A stretch of DNA of 64,000 nucleotides. Source: Escherichia coli O127:H6 str. E2348/69. Its GTDB lineage: Bacteria > Pseudomonadota > Gammaproteobacteria > Enterobacterales > Enterobacteriaceae. A model generated the notes under the pieces. The model worked only from the letters and a program-made list of their open reading frames with translations, did no database searches and was not told the origin of the DNA. Made by a program: the position numbers and the translations under genes. Each line of letters opens with the position of its first letter. The stretch's first letter is position 1. This document shows positions 33,616 to 43,734 of the stretch, piece after piece. Location of the stretch: assembly GCF_000026545.1 (NCBI RefSeq), contig NC_011601.1. One strand, written 5' to 3'.

Positions 33616-34632
33616 TTACTGCACCGCTTTACTCACCGAACTCATTGCGCTTAACGCGTTGTTCAGGCGGTCCAAATCATCCAGTTGCGCCTGAATGGCG
33701 GTGGTTTTTGCCAGCTTGTCCTGTTCGTTCAGCCCTTTGTTGTCCTTCACGCTTTGCATCTCTTTAAACAGTGCGAGCTGGCGAATCGGCACCAGTTGCA
33801 AGTCGCTGGAGGCGCGGAACGGCGCCCAGCCCAGGCGCTCCAGCACCGCTTTCTCTTCCGGCGTTTTGCCGTAATTCATAAAGAAGTCGTAGATCTTGTC
33901 TTTAGTGGTTTCGGACAGATTTTTGCGCCAGACGATCGGATCGCCTGGGATCAGCGGCGATTTCCAGATCACTTTCAGCTCTTTGAGCTTCTCCGGCGCG
34001 GAGGTTTTCAGCTTGTCGAGGTTTTCGGTGTTGTTGGTGGCGACATCCACTTGCTTGTTAGCGACGGCGAGGGCGTTGGTTTCATGCCCGGCGTTGACGG
34101 TGCGCTTAAAGTCGCTGGCGGAGATATTGTTTTTAGCGAAGACGTAGTAGCCGGGGACGAGGAAGCCGGAGGTAGAGTTAGGATCGCCATTGCCGAAGGT
34201 GAGATCTTTCCGCTTCGCCAGCAGATCGTTCAGGTTGTTGATCGGACTATCTTTGTTGACGATCAACACGCTCCAGTAACCCGGCGATCCATCCGCCGCG
34301 ACCGTCTGGGCGAAGACCTGGCCGTTGGCGCGATCCACCGCTTCCATCGCCGACAGGTTGCCGTACCAGGCGATATCCACTTTATTGAAGCGCATCCCCT
34401 GGATAATGCCCGCGTAGTCCGGGGCAAAGAAGGCGTTTACCTTTACGCCCAGCTTCTTCTCCATATCCTGTAAGAACGGCGTCCATTGCGGTTTCAGGTT
34501 TTGCTGTGATTCCGTTGAAATAATGCCGAAATTCAGCGCCTTTTCCTGCTCTTCGGCGTATGCCGGATTTAACAGGGTGCTGAGGCTGAACATGCTGGTG
34601 AAGGCCAGCGAGGCAATTATCTTAGCGTTCAT
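33616..34632 (-). CDS. phnD: Phosphonate periplasmic binding protein
   Basis: 338 aa with signal peptide. Confidence 0.92.
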   Translation of the reverse strand: MNAKIIASLAFTSMFSLSTLLNPAYAEEQEKALNFGIISTESQQNLKPQWTPFLQDMEKKLGVKVNAFFAPDYAGIIQGMRFNKVDIAWYGNLSAMEAVDRANGQVFAQTVAADGSPGYWSVLIVNKDSPINNLNDLLAKRKDLTFGNGDPNSTSGFLVPGYYVFAKNNISASDFKRTVNAGHETNALAVANKQVDVATNNTENLDKLKTSAPEKLKELKVIWKSPLIPGDPIVWRKNLSETTKDKIYDFFMNYGKTPEEKAVLERLGWAPFRASSDLQLVPIRQLALFKEMQSVKDNKGLNEQDKLAKTTAIQAQLDDLDRLNNALSAMSSVSKAVQ

Positions 34633-34656
34633 TCGTTTTCCTCAATGATGGGGATG

Positions 34657-35445
34657 TCAGGCAGCTTTCGCGTTCTCTTCGACGCGGTTAATGCTGCGGT
34701 AGAGATGGTCAAAACGTTCGTTATCAAACTGTTGGCTGCAGCCGTCGTAGAAGACGTGCCCCTGGCGCAGGGCGACGATGCGTTCGCAGTAGCGCAGGGC
34801 GTAATCCACCTGATGCAGCGTGACGACCACGGTAATGCCGTCGTTCTGGTTGATGTCGCGCAGGGTGTCCATCACGATGCGTGCCGATTCCGGGTCCAGC
34901 GAGGCGATGGGTTCGTCAGCGAGAATGACCTTCGCCTGCTGCATCAGCGCGCGGGCAATCGCCACACGCTGTTGCTGGCCGCCGGAGAGTGTGGAAACGC
35001 GTTGATGGGCAAAGTGCACCATGCCAACGCGGGTCAGCGCCTGTAACGCGCGCTGTTTCTGCTCGCGGGTGAAGTAGCTAAAACAGGTTCGCCAGAATGG
35101 CGTGCTGCCGAGCGCGCCAATCAGCACGTTCTCCAGTACGCTCAGGCGATTCACCAGGTTGAATTGTTGAAAGATGTAGCCGGTATGGGCGCGGCTTTTG
35201 CGGATATCGCGGGCCAGACGGCCTTCGCGCTGGACAGTGCGGCCCAGCAGCTCGATATGGCTACCGACAGATTTATCGCCGGTAATCAAACCGCTTAAGT
35301 GACGTAAAAGGGTGGATTTTCCGGAACCCGACGGCCCAAGCAGAGCCACCATTTCACCATGATGAATGTTCAGATCAACCGCGTGCAGCGCCTGATGCTG
35401 ATTGAAGGTTTTGGCGAGCTTCTCGACACGGATAATCGTTTGCAT
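34657..35445 (-). CDS. phnC: Phosphonate ABC transporter ATPase
   Basis: Walker [10 protein letters not shown], signature LSGGQQQR. Confidence 0.92.
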   Translation of the reverse strand: MQTIIRVEKLAKTFNQHQALHAVDLNIHHGEMVALLGPSGSGKSTLLRHLSGLITGDKSVGSHIELLGRTVQREGRLARDIRKSRAHTGYIFQQFNLVNRLSVLENVLIGALGSTPFWRTCFSYFTREQKQRALQALTRVGMVHFAHQRVSTLSGGQQQRVAIARALMQQAKVILADEPIASLDPESARIVMDTLRDINQNDGITVVVTLHQVDYALRYCERIVALRQGHVFYDGCSQQFDNERFDHLYRSINRVEENAKAA

Positions 35446-35577
35446 GATGCAGCCTCCCTAAAAAAGTGGCTCCATCGTGGCGGATTATTGTGACGATTTG
35501 GTTAATTAAAAGTGACTAACAGATGAAGAGTTAACGGGAATTCGATGACAGTGCGGGAGGGCGGGCCTCCCGGCGGG

Positions 35578-36021
35578 TTATTGCGTTGGCTGTTGTTTGA
35601 TGACATTAATCATCCACGGTACGCCAAATTTATCGGTGACTTTGCCAAAGCCATGCGCCCAGAACGTTCCCTGCCAGGCCATTTCGATTTTTCCGTTGGC
35701 GGCAAGGTTATCAAACCAGCGTTTTCCTTCTTCCACCTGTTGCGAATCGAGCACCAGCGTAAAGCCGGAGTAGCTGGCTTTTCCTGACGGCATGGCATCG
35801 CTCATCATGATGTCGCTTCCGGCAATGCGCACGTTGGCATGCGCGATGGCGGTATCGGGAAATTGCATTCCGGAAGGGCAGTTTTCGGCGCTGTCCTGCG
35901 CTGATTTCGGCATTTCGCCGAAGCTGATTTTATAGAGCAGTTCCGCGCCCAACGTACGTTGATAATAGGCAATCGCGTCGGAACAGTTACCGGCAAAAGA
36001 GAGGTAGGGACTTAACGGCAT
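35578..36021 (-). CDS. yjdN: VOC/glyoxalase-family protein (PhnB-like)
   Basis: 147 aa. Confidence 0.8.
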   Translation of the reverse strand: MPLSPYLSFAGNCSDAIAYYQRTLGAELLYKISFGEMPKSAQDSAENCPSGMQFPDTAIAHANVRIAGSDIMMSDAMPSGKASYSGFTLVLDSQQVEEGKRWFDNLAANGKIEMAWQGTFWAHGFGKVTDKFGVPWMINVIKQQPTQ

Positions 36022-36085
36022 GATGGTGACCTCAGTTAAGAGAAGCCCGTTAAGTGTAGTTCGAAATTTATACAGATGAGAGGGA

Positions 36086-36165
36086 AGCCTGATAAGACGC
36101 GGTCAGCGTCGCATCAGGCAGTCGCCACCGTTGCCGGATGCGGCGCGAGCGCCTTATCCGGCCTA
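36086..36165. repeat. Pair of REP units between yjdN and yjdM
   Basis: gcctgataagacgc...gcatcaggc and gccggatgcggcgc...ccttatccggcctac. Confidence 0.7.
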
Positions 36166-36180
36166 CCGATCACAATACAA

Positions 36181-36516
36181 TCAGTTCTTTTTCACAAACT
36201 CAGACTTCAGTTTCATCGGACCAAAACCGTCGATTTTGCAATCGATGTTATGGTCGCCTTCAACCAGGCGGATGTTTTTCACTTTGGTGCCAATTTTCAG
36301 CATCGAAGAGCTACCTTTCACTTTCAGATCTTTAATGATGGTCACGCTGTCGCCGTCAGCCAGCAGATTGCCGTTAGCATCTTTAACGATCAGCTCGTCG
36401 CTTTCCTGTGCAGGTTCTGCGTCGTTCCATTCGTAGGCACATTCCGGGCAGATGTACATGCCGTTATCTTCGTAGGTGTATTCGGAGTTGCATTTTGGGC
36501 AGTGTGGTAATGACAT
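36181..36516 (-). CDS. yjdM: Zinc-ribbon protein YjdM (PhnA-like)
   Basis: Start at [26 protein letters not shown] with CxxC...CxxC; track ORF extends 49 codons upstream into the REP. Confidence 0.88.
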
Positions 36517-36918
36517 GTGGATTTCCTCAAAAGTCAGCAGGGCAAAAGCGCCAAAAAACGGCAGATTGCCGAAAAAGGCCGCAATTATACACAAAATCCC
36601 TGAGTTTGTCGGGGGTACTGCTGATTTTAGACGACGATCGTTTTCATTTGAAAGGAAACGCAAAAAGAAAATAATCTTTTTGCCTCCATTTATTATTTAA
36701 GATAAGGTTAATGCTCTACATGTTCTTTTTTTAATTCAAATGATGTTTTTTATCTTTCTGACGTTTTAAACGTATCGGAAGACGTTATTTATTCTAATAA
36801 AAAACAACACTCTAAATATAAAATTATTTCTTGCAGTAATTATAAAAGCCGAAAACAGAACTCAAAAACAATCTGGCTAAATAAAAGTAATAAAATTTGC
36901 TTTAAGGAAAAATTTTCT

Positions 36919-39147
36919 ATGTACACACAGACCCTGTATGAGTTAAGTCAGGAGGCTGAACGCCTGTTACAGCTTTCTCGCCAACAGTTGCAGTTACTGG
37001 AAAAAATGCCTCTCTCTGTACCCGGAGACGATGCGCCACAACTGGCTTTACCCTGGAGTCAGCCTAATATCGCCGAACGTCACGCGATGCTGAATAATGA
37101 GTTGCGTAAAATTTCCCGACTGGAAATGGTGCTGGCGATTGTCGGTACTATGAAAGCAGGGAAATCAACCACCATTAATGCCATTGTTGGTACGGAGGTT
37201 CTGCCTAATCGCAATCGCCCAATGACTGCGCTGCCGACGCTTATTCGCCATACGCCCGGGCAAAAAGAACCGGTACTGCATTTTTCACATGTCGCGCCAA
37301 TCGATTGTTTAATTCAAAAATTACAACAGCGCCTGCGTGATTGCGATATTAAGCATCTGACCGATGTGCTGGAAATAGATAAAGATATGCGTGCGCTTAT
37401 GCAGCGGATCGAAAATGGCGTCGCTTTCGAAAAATATTATCTGGGTGCCCAGCCTATTTTTCATTGTCTGAAAAGTTTGAATGATTTGGTGCGACTGGCG
37501 AAGGCGCTGGACGTCGATTTTCCTTTTTCTGCTTACGCCGCCATTGAGCATATTCCCGTGATTGAAGTGGAGTTTGTCCATCTGGCGGGGCTGGAGAGTT
37601 ATCCCGGTCAATTGACGTTACTGGATACCCCCGGGCCAAATGAAGCCGGGCAACCGCATCTGCAAAAAATGCTTAACCAGCAGCTGGCACGCGCCTCGGC
37701 GGTACTGGCGGTGCTGGATTATACGCAACTGAAATCGATCTCCGATGAAGAGGTCCGTGAGGCGATTTTGGCGGTGGGGCAATCGGTGCCGCTGTATGTG
37801 CTGGTCAATAAGTTCGATCAACAGGATCGTAACAGTGACGACGCCGACCAGGTGCGGGCACTGATTTCCGGAACGCTGATGAAAGGCTGTATTACGCCAC
37901 AGCAGATATTTCCGGTGTCGTCGATGTGGGGCTACCTGGCGAATCGGGCGCGCCATGAGTTAGCCAACAACGGTAAGTTACCCGCGCCAGAGCAACAACG
38001 CTGGGTGGAAGATTTTGCCCATGCCGCGCTCGGCAGGCGCTGGCGTCATGCCGATCTGGCGGACCTCGAACATATTCGCCATGCTGCCGATCAGTTGTGG
38101 GAGGATTCGCTGTTCGCCCAGCCAATTCAGGCGTTGCTTCATGCCGCTTACGCTAACGCCTCGTTGTATGCTCTGCGATCTGCCGCGCATAAACTGTTGA
38201 ATTACGCGCAGCAGGCGCGGGAATACCTGGATTTTCGTGCGCACGGGTTAAACGTCGCTTGTGAACAATTGCAGCAAAATATCCATCAGGTCGAAGAAAT
38301 TTTGCAGCTATTGCAACTCAATCAGGCGCAGGTGAGCGGCGAGATTAAACATGAAATCGAGTTGGCCCTGACCTCCACCAACCACTTTCTGCGTCAACAG
38401 CAAGATGCGGTGAATGCGCAGTTAGCCGCGTTGTTTCAGGATGATTCGGAGTCGTTAAGTGAGATGCGTACCCGCTGTGAGACACTGTTACAGACGGCGC
38501 AGAACACCATCAGTCGCGACTTTACGCTGCGCTTTGCCGAGCTTGAGTCCACCCTTTGCCGGGTGTTAACCGATGTTATTCGCCCCATTGAGCAACAAGT
38601 CAAAATGGAATTGAGCGAGTCAGGGTTTCGTCCTGGGTTTCATTTTCCTGTTTTTCACGGCGTAGTTCCCCACTTCAACACTCGCCAGCTGTTCAGTGAA
38701 GTCATTTCGCGCCAGGAAGCAACGGACGAGCAGAGCACGCGTTTAGGCGTTGTGCGTGAGACTTTTTCGCGCTGGTTGAATCAGCCCGACTGGGGACGGG
38801 GAAATGAGAAATCCCCGACAGAGACGGTTGATTACAGTGTGTTGCAACGAGCATTAAGCGCAGAAGTCGATCTTTATTGCCAACAAATGGCTAAAGTTCT
38901 GGCAGAGCAGGTCGATGAATCTGTTACGGCAGGCATGAATACTTTTTTCGCTGAGTTCGCTTCATGTTTGACGGAATTACAGACGCGTTTACGCGAAAGT
39001 ATGGCTCTGCGTCAACAAAATGAATCGGTGGTCAGGCTGATGCAACAGCAATTGCAGCAGACTGTGATGACTCACGGCTGGATTTACACCGACGCTCAGC
39101 TGTTACGCGATGATATTCAAACACTTTTCACGGCAGAACGATATTGA
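36919..39147 (+). CDS. crfC: Dynamin-like GTPase (clamp-binding sister replication fork colocalization protein)
   Basis: 742 aa; P-loop GTMKAGKST near the N-terminus; long coiled-coil C-terminal region. Confidence 0.88.
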   Translation: MYTQTLYELSQEAERLLQLSRQQLQLLEKMPLSVPGDDAPQLALPWSQPNIAERHAMLNNELRKISRLEMVLAIVGTMKAGKSTTINAIVGTEVLPNRNRPMTALPTLIRHTPGQKEPVLHFSHVAPIDCLIQKLQQRLRDCDIKHLTDVLEIDKDMRALMQRIENGVAFEKYYLGAQPIFHCLKSLNDLVRLAKALDVDFPFSAYAAIEHIPVIEVEFVHLAGLESYPGQLTLLDTPGPNEAGQPHLQKMLNQQLARASAVLAVLDYTQLKSISDEEVREAILAVGQSVPLYVLVNKFDQQDRNSDDADQVRALISGTLMKGCITPQQIFPVSSMWGYLANRARHELANNGKLPAPEQQRWVEDFAHAALGRRWRHADLADLEHIRHAADQLWEDSLFAQPIQALLHAAYANASLYALRSAAHKLLNYAQQAREYLDFRAHGLNVACEQLQQNIHQVEEILQLLQLNQAQVSGEIKHEIELALTSTNHFLRQQQDAVNAQLAALFQDDSESLSEMRTRCETLLQTAQNTISRDFTLRFAELESTLCRVLTDVIRPIEQQVKMELSESGFRPGFHFPVFHGVVPHFNTRQLFSEVISRQEATDEQSTRLGVVRETFSRWLNQPDWGRGNEKSPTETVDYSVLQRALSAEVDLYCQQMAKVLAEQVDESVTAGMNTFFAEFASCLTELQTRLRESMALRQQNESVVRLMQQQLQQTVMTHGWIYTDAQLLRDDIQTLFTAERY

Positions 39148-40022
39148 CCAAGACGTTACTGGACGGCCCCGGTCGCGTGCTGGAGTCGGTTCATCCGCGC
39201 TTTTTAGTAGATCTGGCGCAGGGCGATGATGCCCGCCTTCCACAAGCCCATCAGCAGCAGTTTCGTGAACGACTGATGCAGGAACTTCTTGCGCGCGTGC
39301 AGCTTCAGACATGGACGAACGGCGGCATGTTAAATGCGCCGCTTAGTCTGCGTCTGACATTGGTGGAGAAACTGGCGTCGATGCTGGATCCCGGTCATCT
39401 GGCGCTGACGCAGATCGCGCAGCATCTGGCGCTGCTGCAAAAAATGGATCACCGCCAGCACTCTGCTTTCCCGGAGCTCCCCCAGCAAATTGTCGCCTTG
39501 TATGAGTGGTTTTCAGCCCGTTGTCGCTGGAAGGAAAAGGCGTTAACGCAACGAGGCCTATTGGTGCAGGCGGGTGAACAGAGCGAGCAAATTTTTACCC
39601 GCTGGCGTGCTGGGGCGTATAACGCCTGGTCGTTGCCTGGGCGCTGTTTTATCGTTCTGGAGGAGTTGCGCTGGGGTGCATTTGGCGATGCCTGCCGTCT
39701 GGGAAGCCCGCAAGCGGTGGCGTTGTTGCTGGGTGATTTGCGCGTGAAAGCGACACAACATTTGGCAGAGAGTATCAATGCGGCCCCGACCACGCGTCAC
39801 TATTACCATCAGTGGTTTGCCTCTTCGACCGTTTCGACGGGCGGGGATCATGCTGATTTTTTAAGTTGGCTGGGAAAGTGGTCTACGGCAGATAAACAAC
39901 CTGTTTGCTGGTCAGTGACCCAACGCTGGCGAACTGTCGCACTGGGGATGCCACGACTCTGTTCAGCGCAGCGTCTGGCGGGGGCAATGGTCGAGGAAAT
40001 CTTCTCTGTAAATTTGGTGTAA
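39144..40022 (+). CDS. yjcZ: Uncharacterized protein co-transcribed with crfC
   Basis: 292 aa ORF starting at TTG and overlapping the crfC stop by 4 nt. Confidence 0.75.
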   Translation: MTKTLLDGPGRVLESVHPRFLVDLAQGDDARLPQAHQQQFRERLMQELLARVQLQTWTNGGMLNAPLSLRLTLVEKLASMLDPGHLALTQIAQHLALLQKMDHRQHSAFPELPQQIVALYEWFSARCRWKEKALTQRGLLVQAGEQSEQIFTRWRAGAYNAWSLPGRCFIVLEELRWGAFGDACRLGSPQAVALLLGDLRVKATQHLAESINAAPTTRHYYHQWFASSTVSTGGDHADFLSWLGKWSTADKQPVCWSVTQRWRTVALGMPRLCSAQRLAGAMVEEIFSVNLV

Positions 40023-40061
40023 ATAATCAGTTACACTAATGAGTCCTAAACGAAATACATG

Positions 40062-40077
40062 TGTGAAGTTGATCACA
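40062..40077. promoter_or_regulatory. CRP binding site in proP promoter region
   Basis: TGTGA-N6-TCACA perfect core (tgtgaagttgatcaca), ~210 bp upstream of proP ATG. Confidence 0.7.
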
Positions 40078-40285
40078 AATTTAAACACTGGTAGGGTAAA
40101 AAGGTCATTAACTGCCCAATTCAGGCGTCAACTGGTTTGATTGTACATTCCTTAACCGGAGGGTGTAAGCAAACCCGCTACGCTTGTTACAGAGATTGCA
40201 TCCTGCAATTCCCGCTCCCCTTTTGCGGCCGTCGCGCTGATTTTTCTGGCGTTTGCGGAAATGGGCCAACTCTGCGAGGAAAGCT

Positions 40286-41788
40286 ATGCTGAAAAGGAAA
40301 AAAGTAAAACCGATTACCCTTCGTGATGTCACCATTATTGATGATGGTAAACTGCGTAAAGCCATTACCGCAGCATCACTGGGTAATGCAATGGAATGGT
40401 TCGATTTTGGTGTTTATGGTTTTGTTGCTTACGCATTAGGTAAAGTTTTTTTCCCGGGGGCTGACCCCAGCGTGCAGATGGTTGCTGCACTCGCCACTTT
40501 CTCCGTTCCCTTTCTGATTCGACCGCTTGGCGGGCTCTTCTTTGGTATGTTGGGCGATAAATATGGTCGCCAGAAGATCCTCGCTATCACTATTGTGATT
40601 ATGTCGATCAGTACGTTCTGTATTGGCTTAATACCGTCCTACGACACGATTGGTATTTGGGCACCGATTCTGCTGTTGATCTGTAAGATGGCACAAGGTT
40701 TCTCGGTCGGCGGTGAATATACCGGGGCGTCAATATTTGTTGCGGAATACTCCCCTGACCGTAAACGTGGCTTTATGGGCAGCTGGCTGGACTTTGGTTC
40801 TATTGCCGGGTTTGTGCTGGGTGCTGGCGTAGTGGTGTTAATTTCGACCATTGTCGGCGAAGCGAACTTCCTCGATTGGGGCTGGCGTATTCCGTTCTTT
40901 ATCGCTCTGCCGTTAGGGATTATCGGGCTTTACCTGCGCCATGCGCTGGAAGAGACTCCGGCGTTCCAGCAGCATGTCGATAAACTGGAACAGGGCGACC
41001 GCGAAGGTTTGCAGGATGGCCCGAAAGTCTCGTTTAAAGAGATTGCCACCAAACACTGGCGCAGCCTGTTGACATGTATTGGTCTGGTAATTGCCACCAA
41101 CGTGACTTACTACATGTTGCTGACCTATATGCCGAGTTATTTGTCGCATAACCTGCATTACTCCGAAGACCACGGGGTGCTGATTATTATCGCCATTATG
41201 ATCGGTATGCTGTTTGTTCAACCGGTGATGGGCTTGCTGAGTGACCGTTTTGGCCGTCGTCCGTTTGTGCTTCTTGGTAGTGTTGCACTGTTTGTGTTGG
41301 CGATCCCGGCGTTTATTCTGATTAACAGTAACGTCATCGGCCTGATTTTTGCCGGCTTATTGATGCTGGCGGTGATCCTTAACTGCTTTACGGGCGTTAT
41401 GGCTTCTACCTTGCCAGCGATGTTCCCGACGCATATCCGTTACAGCGCGCTGGCGGCGGCATTTAATATTTCGGTGCTGGTTGCCGGTCTGACGCCAACG
41501 CTGGCGGCCTGGCTGGTCGAAAGCTCGCAGAATCTGATGATGCCTGCCTATTACCTGATGGTAGTGGCGGTGGTTGGTTTAATCACCGGCGTAACCATGA
41601 AAGAGACGGCGAATCGACCGTTGAAAGGTGCGACACCAGCGGCGTCAGATATACAGGAAGCGAAGGAAATTCTCGTCGAGCATTACGATAATATCGAGCA
41701 GAAAATCGATGATATTGACCACGAGATTGCCGATTTGCAGGCGAAACGTACCCGCCTGGTGCAGCAACATCCGCGAATTGATGAATAA
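40286..41788 (+). CDS. proP: Proline/glycine-betaine:proton symporter (MFS osmosensor)
   Basis: Start at ATG MLKRKKVKPITLRDV (track begins at upstream TTG); C-terminal coiled-coil. Confidence 0.93.
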   Translation: MLKRKKVKPITLRDVTIIDDGKLRKAITAASLGNAMEWFDFGVYGFVAYALGKVFFPGADPSVQMVAALATFSVPFLIRPLGGLFFGMLGDKYGRQKILAITIVIMSISTFCIGLIPSYDTIGIWAPILLLICKMAQGFSVGGEYTGASIFVAEYSPDRKRGFMGSWLDFGSIAGFVLGAGVVVLISTIVGEANFLDWGWRIPFFIALPLGIIGLYLRHALEETPAFQQHVDKLEQGDREGLQDGPKVSFKEIATKHWRSLLTCIGLVIATNVTYYMLLTYMPSYLSHNLHYSEDHGVLIIIAIMIGMLFVQPVMGLLSDRFGRRPFVLLGSVALFVLAIPAFILINSNVIGLIFAGLLMLAVILNCFTGVMASTLPAMFPTHIRYSALAAAFNISVLVAGLTPTLAAWLVESSQNLMMPAYYLMVVAVVGLITGVTMKETANRPLKGATPAASDIQEAKEILVEHYDNIEQKIDDIDHEIADLQAKRTRLVQQHPRIDE

Positions 41789-41802
41789 GCTGAAACGGAT
41801 GG

Positions 41803-41828
41803 CCTGATGTGACGCTGTCTTATCAGGT
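41803..41828 (+). terminator. Hairpin after proP stop (cctgat...atcagg), possible terminator/REP-like
   Basis: Inverted repeat read directly. Confidence 0.35.
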
Positions 41829-41838
41829 CAATTGAACT

Positions 41839-41855
41839 CTTAAGGTTCACTTAAT
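41839..41855 (+). promoter_or_regulatory. PmrA (BasR) box upstream of pmrR
   Basis: CTTAAG-N5-CTTAAT direct repeat, ~45 bp upstream of pmrR ATG. Confidence 0.65.
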
Positions 41856-41899
41856 CTCTGACGCGCATACTCTCCTCCAGGTTAACGGAGGAGAGTGCA

Positions 41900-41989
41900 A
41901 TGAAAAACCGTGTTTATGAAAGTTTAACTACCGTGTTCAGCGTGCTGGTGGTCAGCAGCTTTCTTTATATCTGGTTTGCCACGTACTGA
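41900..41989 (+). CDS. pmrR: Small membrane peptide PmrR (29 aa)
   Basis: ATG preceded by GGAGGAG; MKNRVYESLTTVFSVLVVSSFLYIWFATY is a single TM helix; not in the ORF track (<60 aa). Confidence 0.75.
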   Translation: MKNRVYESLTTVFSVLVVSSFLYIWFATY

Positions 41990-43056
41990 TCTTTTTTCAG
42001 CCGTATACAGGCCCGCGTGCCGGAAGTCTCTTGCCGGTTTTGCAGGAAAAAATGCCCGTGATGCAACTGTGTAATGCGGCTGACAATACTTAACCCCAGA
42101 CCAATCCCGCCATAACGGCTGTCCATTCGTACAAACGCTTTACTCAACTCCCCGCATTTACTCTCATCAATACCCGGTCCTTCATCTTCAACGGCCATGA
42201 CCGCTCCGCCATCTTCTTGCAGCTTAATCATAATGTTGCTGCCTTGTGGGCTATAACGATGGGCGTTTTCTACCAGGTTTCGCAATAACATCCGCAGCAG
42301 GGTTGCATCACCCTGAACGGTGATGTCGGCGGCGCTCTCTGGCAATAGCAGGGTTTGCTGGCGCTGGTCGAGCATGGTACTAAGTTCGTCATACGAGGGG
42401 AGAATGACATCTTCCAGCAGTTTTACATGTTGATAATTACCGGAAGAAAATGACTGTCCGGCACGCGCCAGTTGCAGCAGCTGGGAGACGCTCTCCATCA
42501 TCTGATCAAGTCGTGCCACTAACGGTGCTACATCAATGTGATGCGTTTTCGCCAGCAGTTCCAGATGCAAACGCACCCCCGCCAGTGGCGTTCGCAGTTC
42601 GTGCGCGACGTCAGCGGTAAACAACCTTTCGTTATCCAGCGTGCTGGTCAGGCGACTGACCAGATCGTTTAACGCCGAAACCACCGCATCGATTTCGAGG
42701 GTGGCGCTATGAATGGCAATGGGCGTTAAGTTGTCGGCGGTGCGCGCTTCCAGCTCTTTTTGCAGCTCCGCCAGCGGTCGGGTGATGCGGCGTACCGCCT
42801 GATAGCAGATAAATAGCGTCAGGCTAACCATAAAGACGCCGGGGACAATCAGGCTGGCGACCGCCTCGCGGATCTCACGCATGATGTGGCGATCGTTGTT
42901 GCGATTGTCGCGTAACGCCTGCTCAAACAGCTGAATCTGCTCGGTACTTTCATGCCATAGCCAGAAGACGCTGATCAGCTCGAATACCAGCAGAATAGCC
43001 CCAATGGTCAATATCAGCCGTTGACGTAGTGATATTGGTTGGCGTAAAAAGCGCAT
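41965..43056 (-). CDS. basS: Sensor histidine kinase BasS/PmrB
   Basis: HAMP, HisKA (H-box AHELRTP) and ATPase domains; start taken 3 codons inside the track ORF. Confidence 0.9.
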   Translation of the reverse strand: MRFLRQPISLRQRLILTIGAILLVFELISVFWLWHESTEQIQLFEQALRDNRNNDRHIMREIREAVASLIVPGVFMVSLTLFICYQAVRRITRPLAELQKELEARTADNLTPIAIHSATLEIDAVVSALNDLVSRLTSTLDNERLFTADVAHELRTPLAGVRLHLELLAKTHHIDVAPLVARLDQMMESVSQLLQLARAGQSFSSGNYQHVKLLEDVILPSYDELSTMLDQRQQTLLLPESAADITVQGDATLLRMLLRNLVENAHRYSPQGSNIMIKLQEDGGAVMAVEDEGPGIDESKCGELSKAFVRMDSRYGGIGLGLSIVSRITQLHHGHFFLQNRQETSGTRACIRLKKDQYVANQI

Positions 43057-43065
43057 CAGATTCAA

Positions 43066-43734
43066 TTAGTTTTCCTCATTTGCGACCAGCATATAGCCAA
43101 ATCCGCGCACGGTGCGGATACGGGCTTTGCCCACTTTGTCGCGCAGGTTATGGATATGCACTTCCAGGGTGTTGGTCGAGGGCTCGTTGTCCCAGTTGTA
43201 GATATCGTTGTAGAGAATTTCCCGATGCACCGGGCTGCCTGCTTTAAGCATCAGGCGCGACAGCAGAGCATATTCTTTGGGCGTCAGAATCAGTTCTTCT
43301 CCGCTCATCCATACCTGGCGGCGACCCATATTCAGCGTCAGGTTGCCAACGTTCAGCTCACTTTCGCCCTGATTATTATGGCGTCGTAGCAGGGCGCGGA
43401 TACGGGCGTGCAACTCTTCCAGCGCAAAAGGCTTCACCAGATAATCGTCGGCCCCGACATCCAGCCCGGCGATTTTGTCGGTAAGGGTATCGCGGGCGGT
43501 GAGAATTAACACCGGCAGAGTGTATTTTTTCTGCCGGATACGGGCAAGAAAATGCAGCCCATCTTCATCGGGTAAGCCTAAATCCAGTACCACCAGGCTG
43601 TAATGACCGGCCTCAAGGCTTTGTTCCGCCATCCGCGCGGTGCTCACGCCATCGCACGCGTAGCCTTCGGTTTGCGCCGCCAGAATCAATCCCTGCAATA
43701 ACAGCGTATCGTCTTCAACAATCAGAATTTTCAT
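43066..43734 (-). CDS. basR: Response regulator BasR/PmrA (OmpR family)
   Basis: 222 aa receiver plus winged-helix domain. Confidence 0.93.
   Translation of the reverse strand: MKILIVEDDTLLLQGLILAAQTEGYACDGVSTARMAEQSLEAGHYSLVVLDLGLPDEDGLHFLARIRQKKYTLPVLILTARDTLTDKIAGLDVGADDYLVKPFALEELHARIRALLRRHNNQGESELNVGNLTLNMGRRQVWMSGEELILTPKEYALLSRLMLKAGSPVHREILYNDIYNWDNEPSTNTLEVHIHNLRDKVGKARIRTVRGFGYMLVANEEN

Noticed and set aside
33685-34473. 262-aa plus-strand ORF antisense to phnD
   Set aside because: Antisense to a well-supported binding-protein gene; no start context or domain signal.
36131-36436. REP-derived small ORFs (e.g. MPDAARAPYPAYRSQ...)
   Set aside because: Translation of REP palindromes produces recurrent PDA..APYPAYR peptides; these are repeat artifacts, not genes.
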